Of a DNA stretch of 38,812 nucleotides, positions 38,742 to 38,812 are shown piece after piece. Both the position numbers and the translations under genes were made by a program. The notes under the pieces were generated by a model that was not told where the DNA came from, ran no database searches, and was given only the letters and a program-made list of their open reading frames with translations. Each line of letters begins with the position of its first letter. Within the stretch, counting starts at the first letter, position 1. The DNA lies in the sequence record DRR723986_28180; one strand, given 5' to 3'.

Positions 38742-38812
38742 GATCGAAATACGTAAATCGAAGTACGAGAATCGAGAATCGGAAATCGAGAATCGAAAAT
38801 CGAGAATCGAAA
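38742..38812. repeat. Degenerate 7-bp tandem repeat (AATCGAG/AATCGAA), truncated by window end
   Basis: Ten phased heptamers: GATCGAA ATACGTA AATCGAA GTACGAG AATCGAG AATCGGA AATCGAG AATCGAA AATCGAG AATCGAA. Confidence 0.85.

Noticed and set aside
38742-38812. CRISPR array
   Set aside because: 7-bp units without spacers, and no cas genes.

Overview
This is an AT-rich chromosomal window from a Bacteroidota bacterium, probably Flavobacteriales. The taxonomy is inferred from T9SS C-terminal sorting domains, TAnnTTTG promoters and Q-starting mature proteins. The left ~11 kb is mostly housekeeping: CPBP protease, apaG, pruA, an O-/N-acyltransferase pair, two lipoproteins, LOG and HDAC-family genes. 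The right ~9 kb holds envelope genes (AsmA, a beta-barrel, a T9SS cargo) and a class III cyclase-HD fusion. The centre (~10.8-30 kb) looks like a complete, little-characterised polymorphic toxin/delivery locus split into two back-to-back operons whose start codons touch (CAT|ATG at 17123-17128). The rightward operon encodes a T9SS-sorted Cys-rich adhesin-like protein, an outer-membrane beta-barrel and a ~1,900-aa Sec-exported protein. That protein has a TANFOR-like N-terminus, Fn3 domains, a metzincin peptidase, hydrophobic helices and a C-terminal PD-(D/E)xK nuclease-like tip. It is followed by a translationally coupled putative immunity gene, an immunity pseudogene fragment and an orphan immunity-like gene. 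The leftward operon encodes a 952-aa beta-rich protein, a multi-Fn3 protein and a T9SS cargo gene bracketed by a diverged 72-bp duplicate of the Fn3 gene 3' end. Both window ends run into degenerate 7-bp tandem repeats. No rRNA, tRNA, CRISPR or transposase was seen. All family calls are by-eye motif recognition, not database searches.
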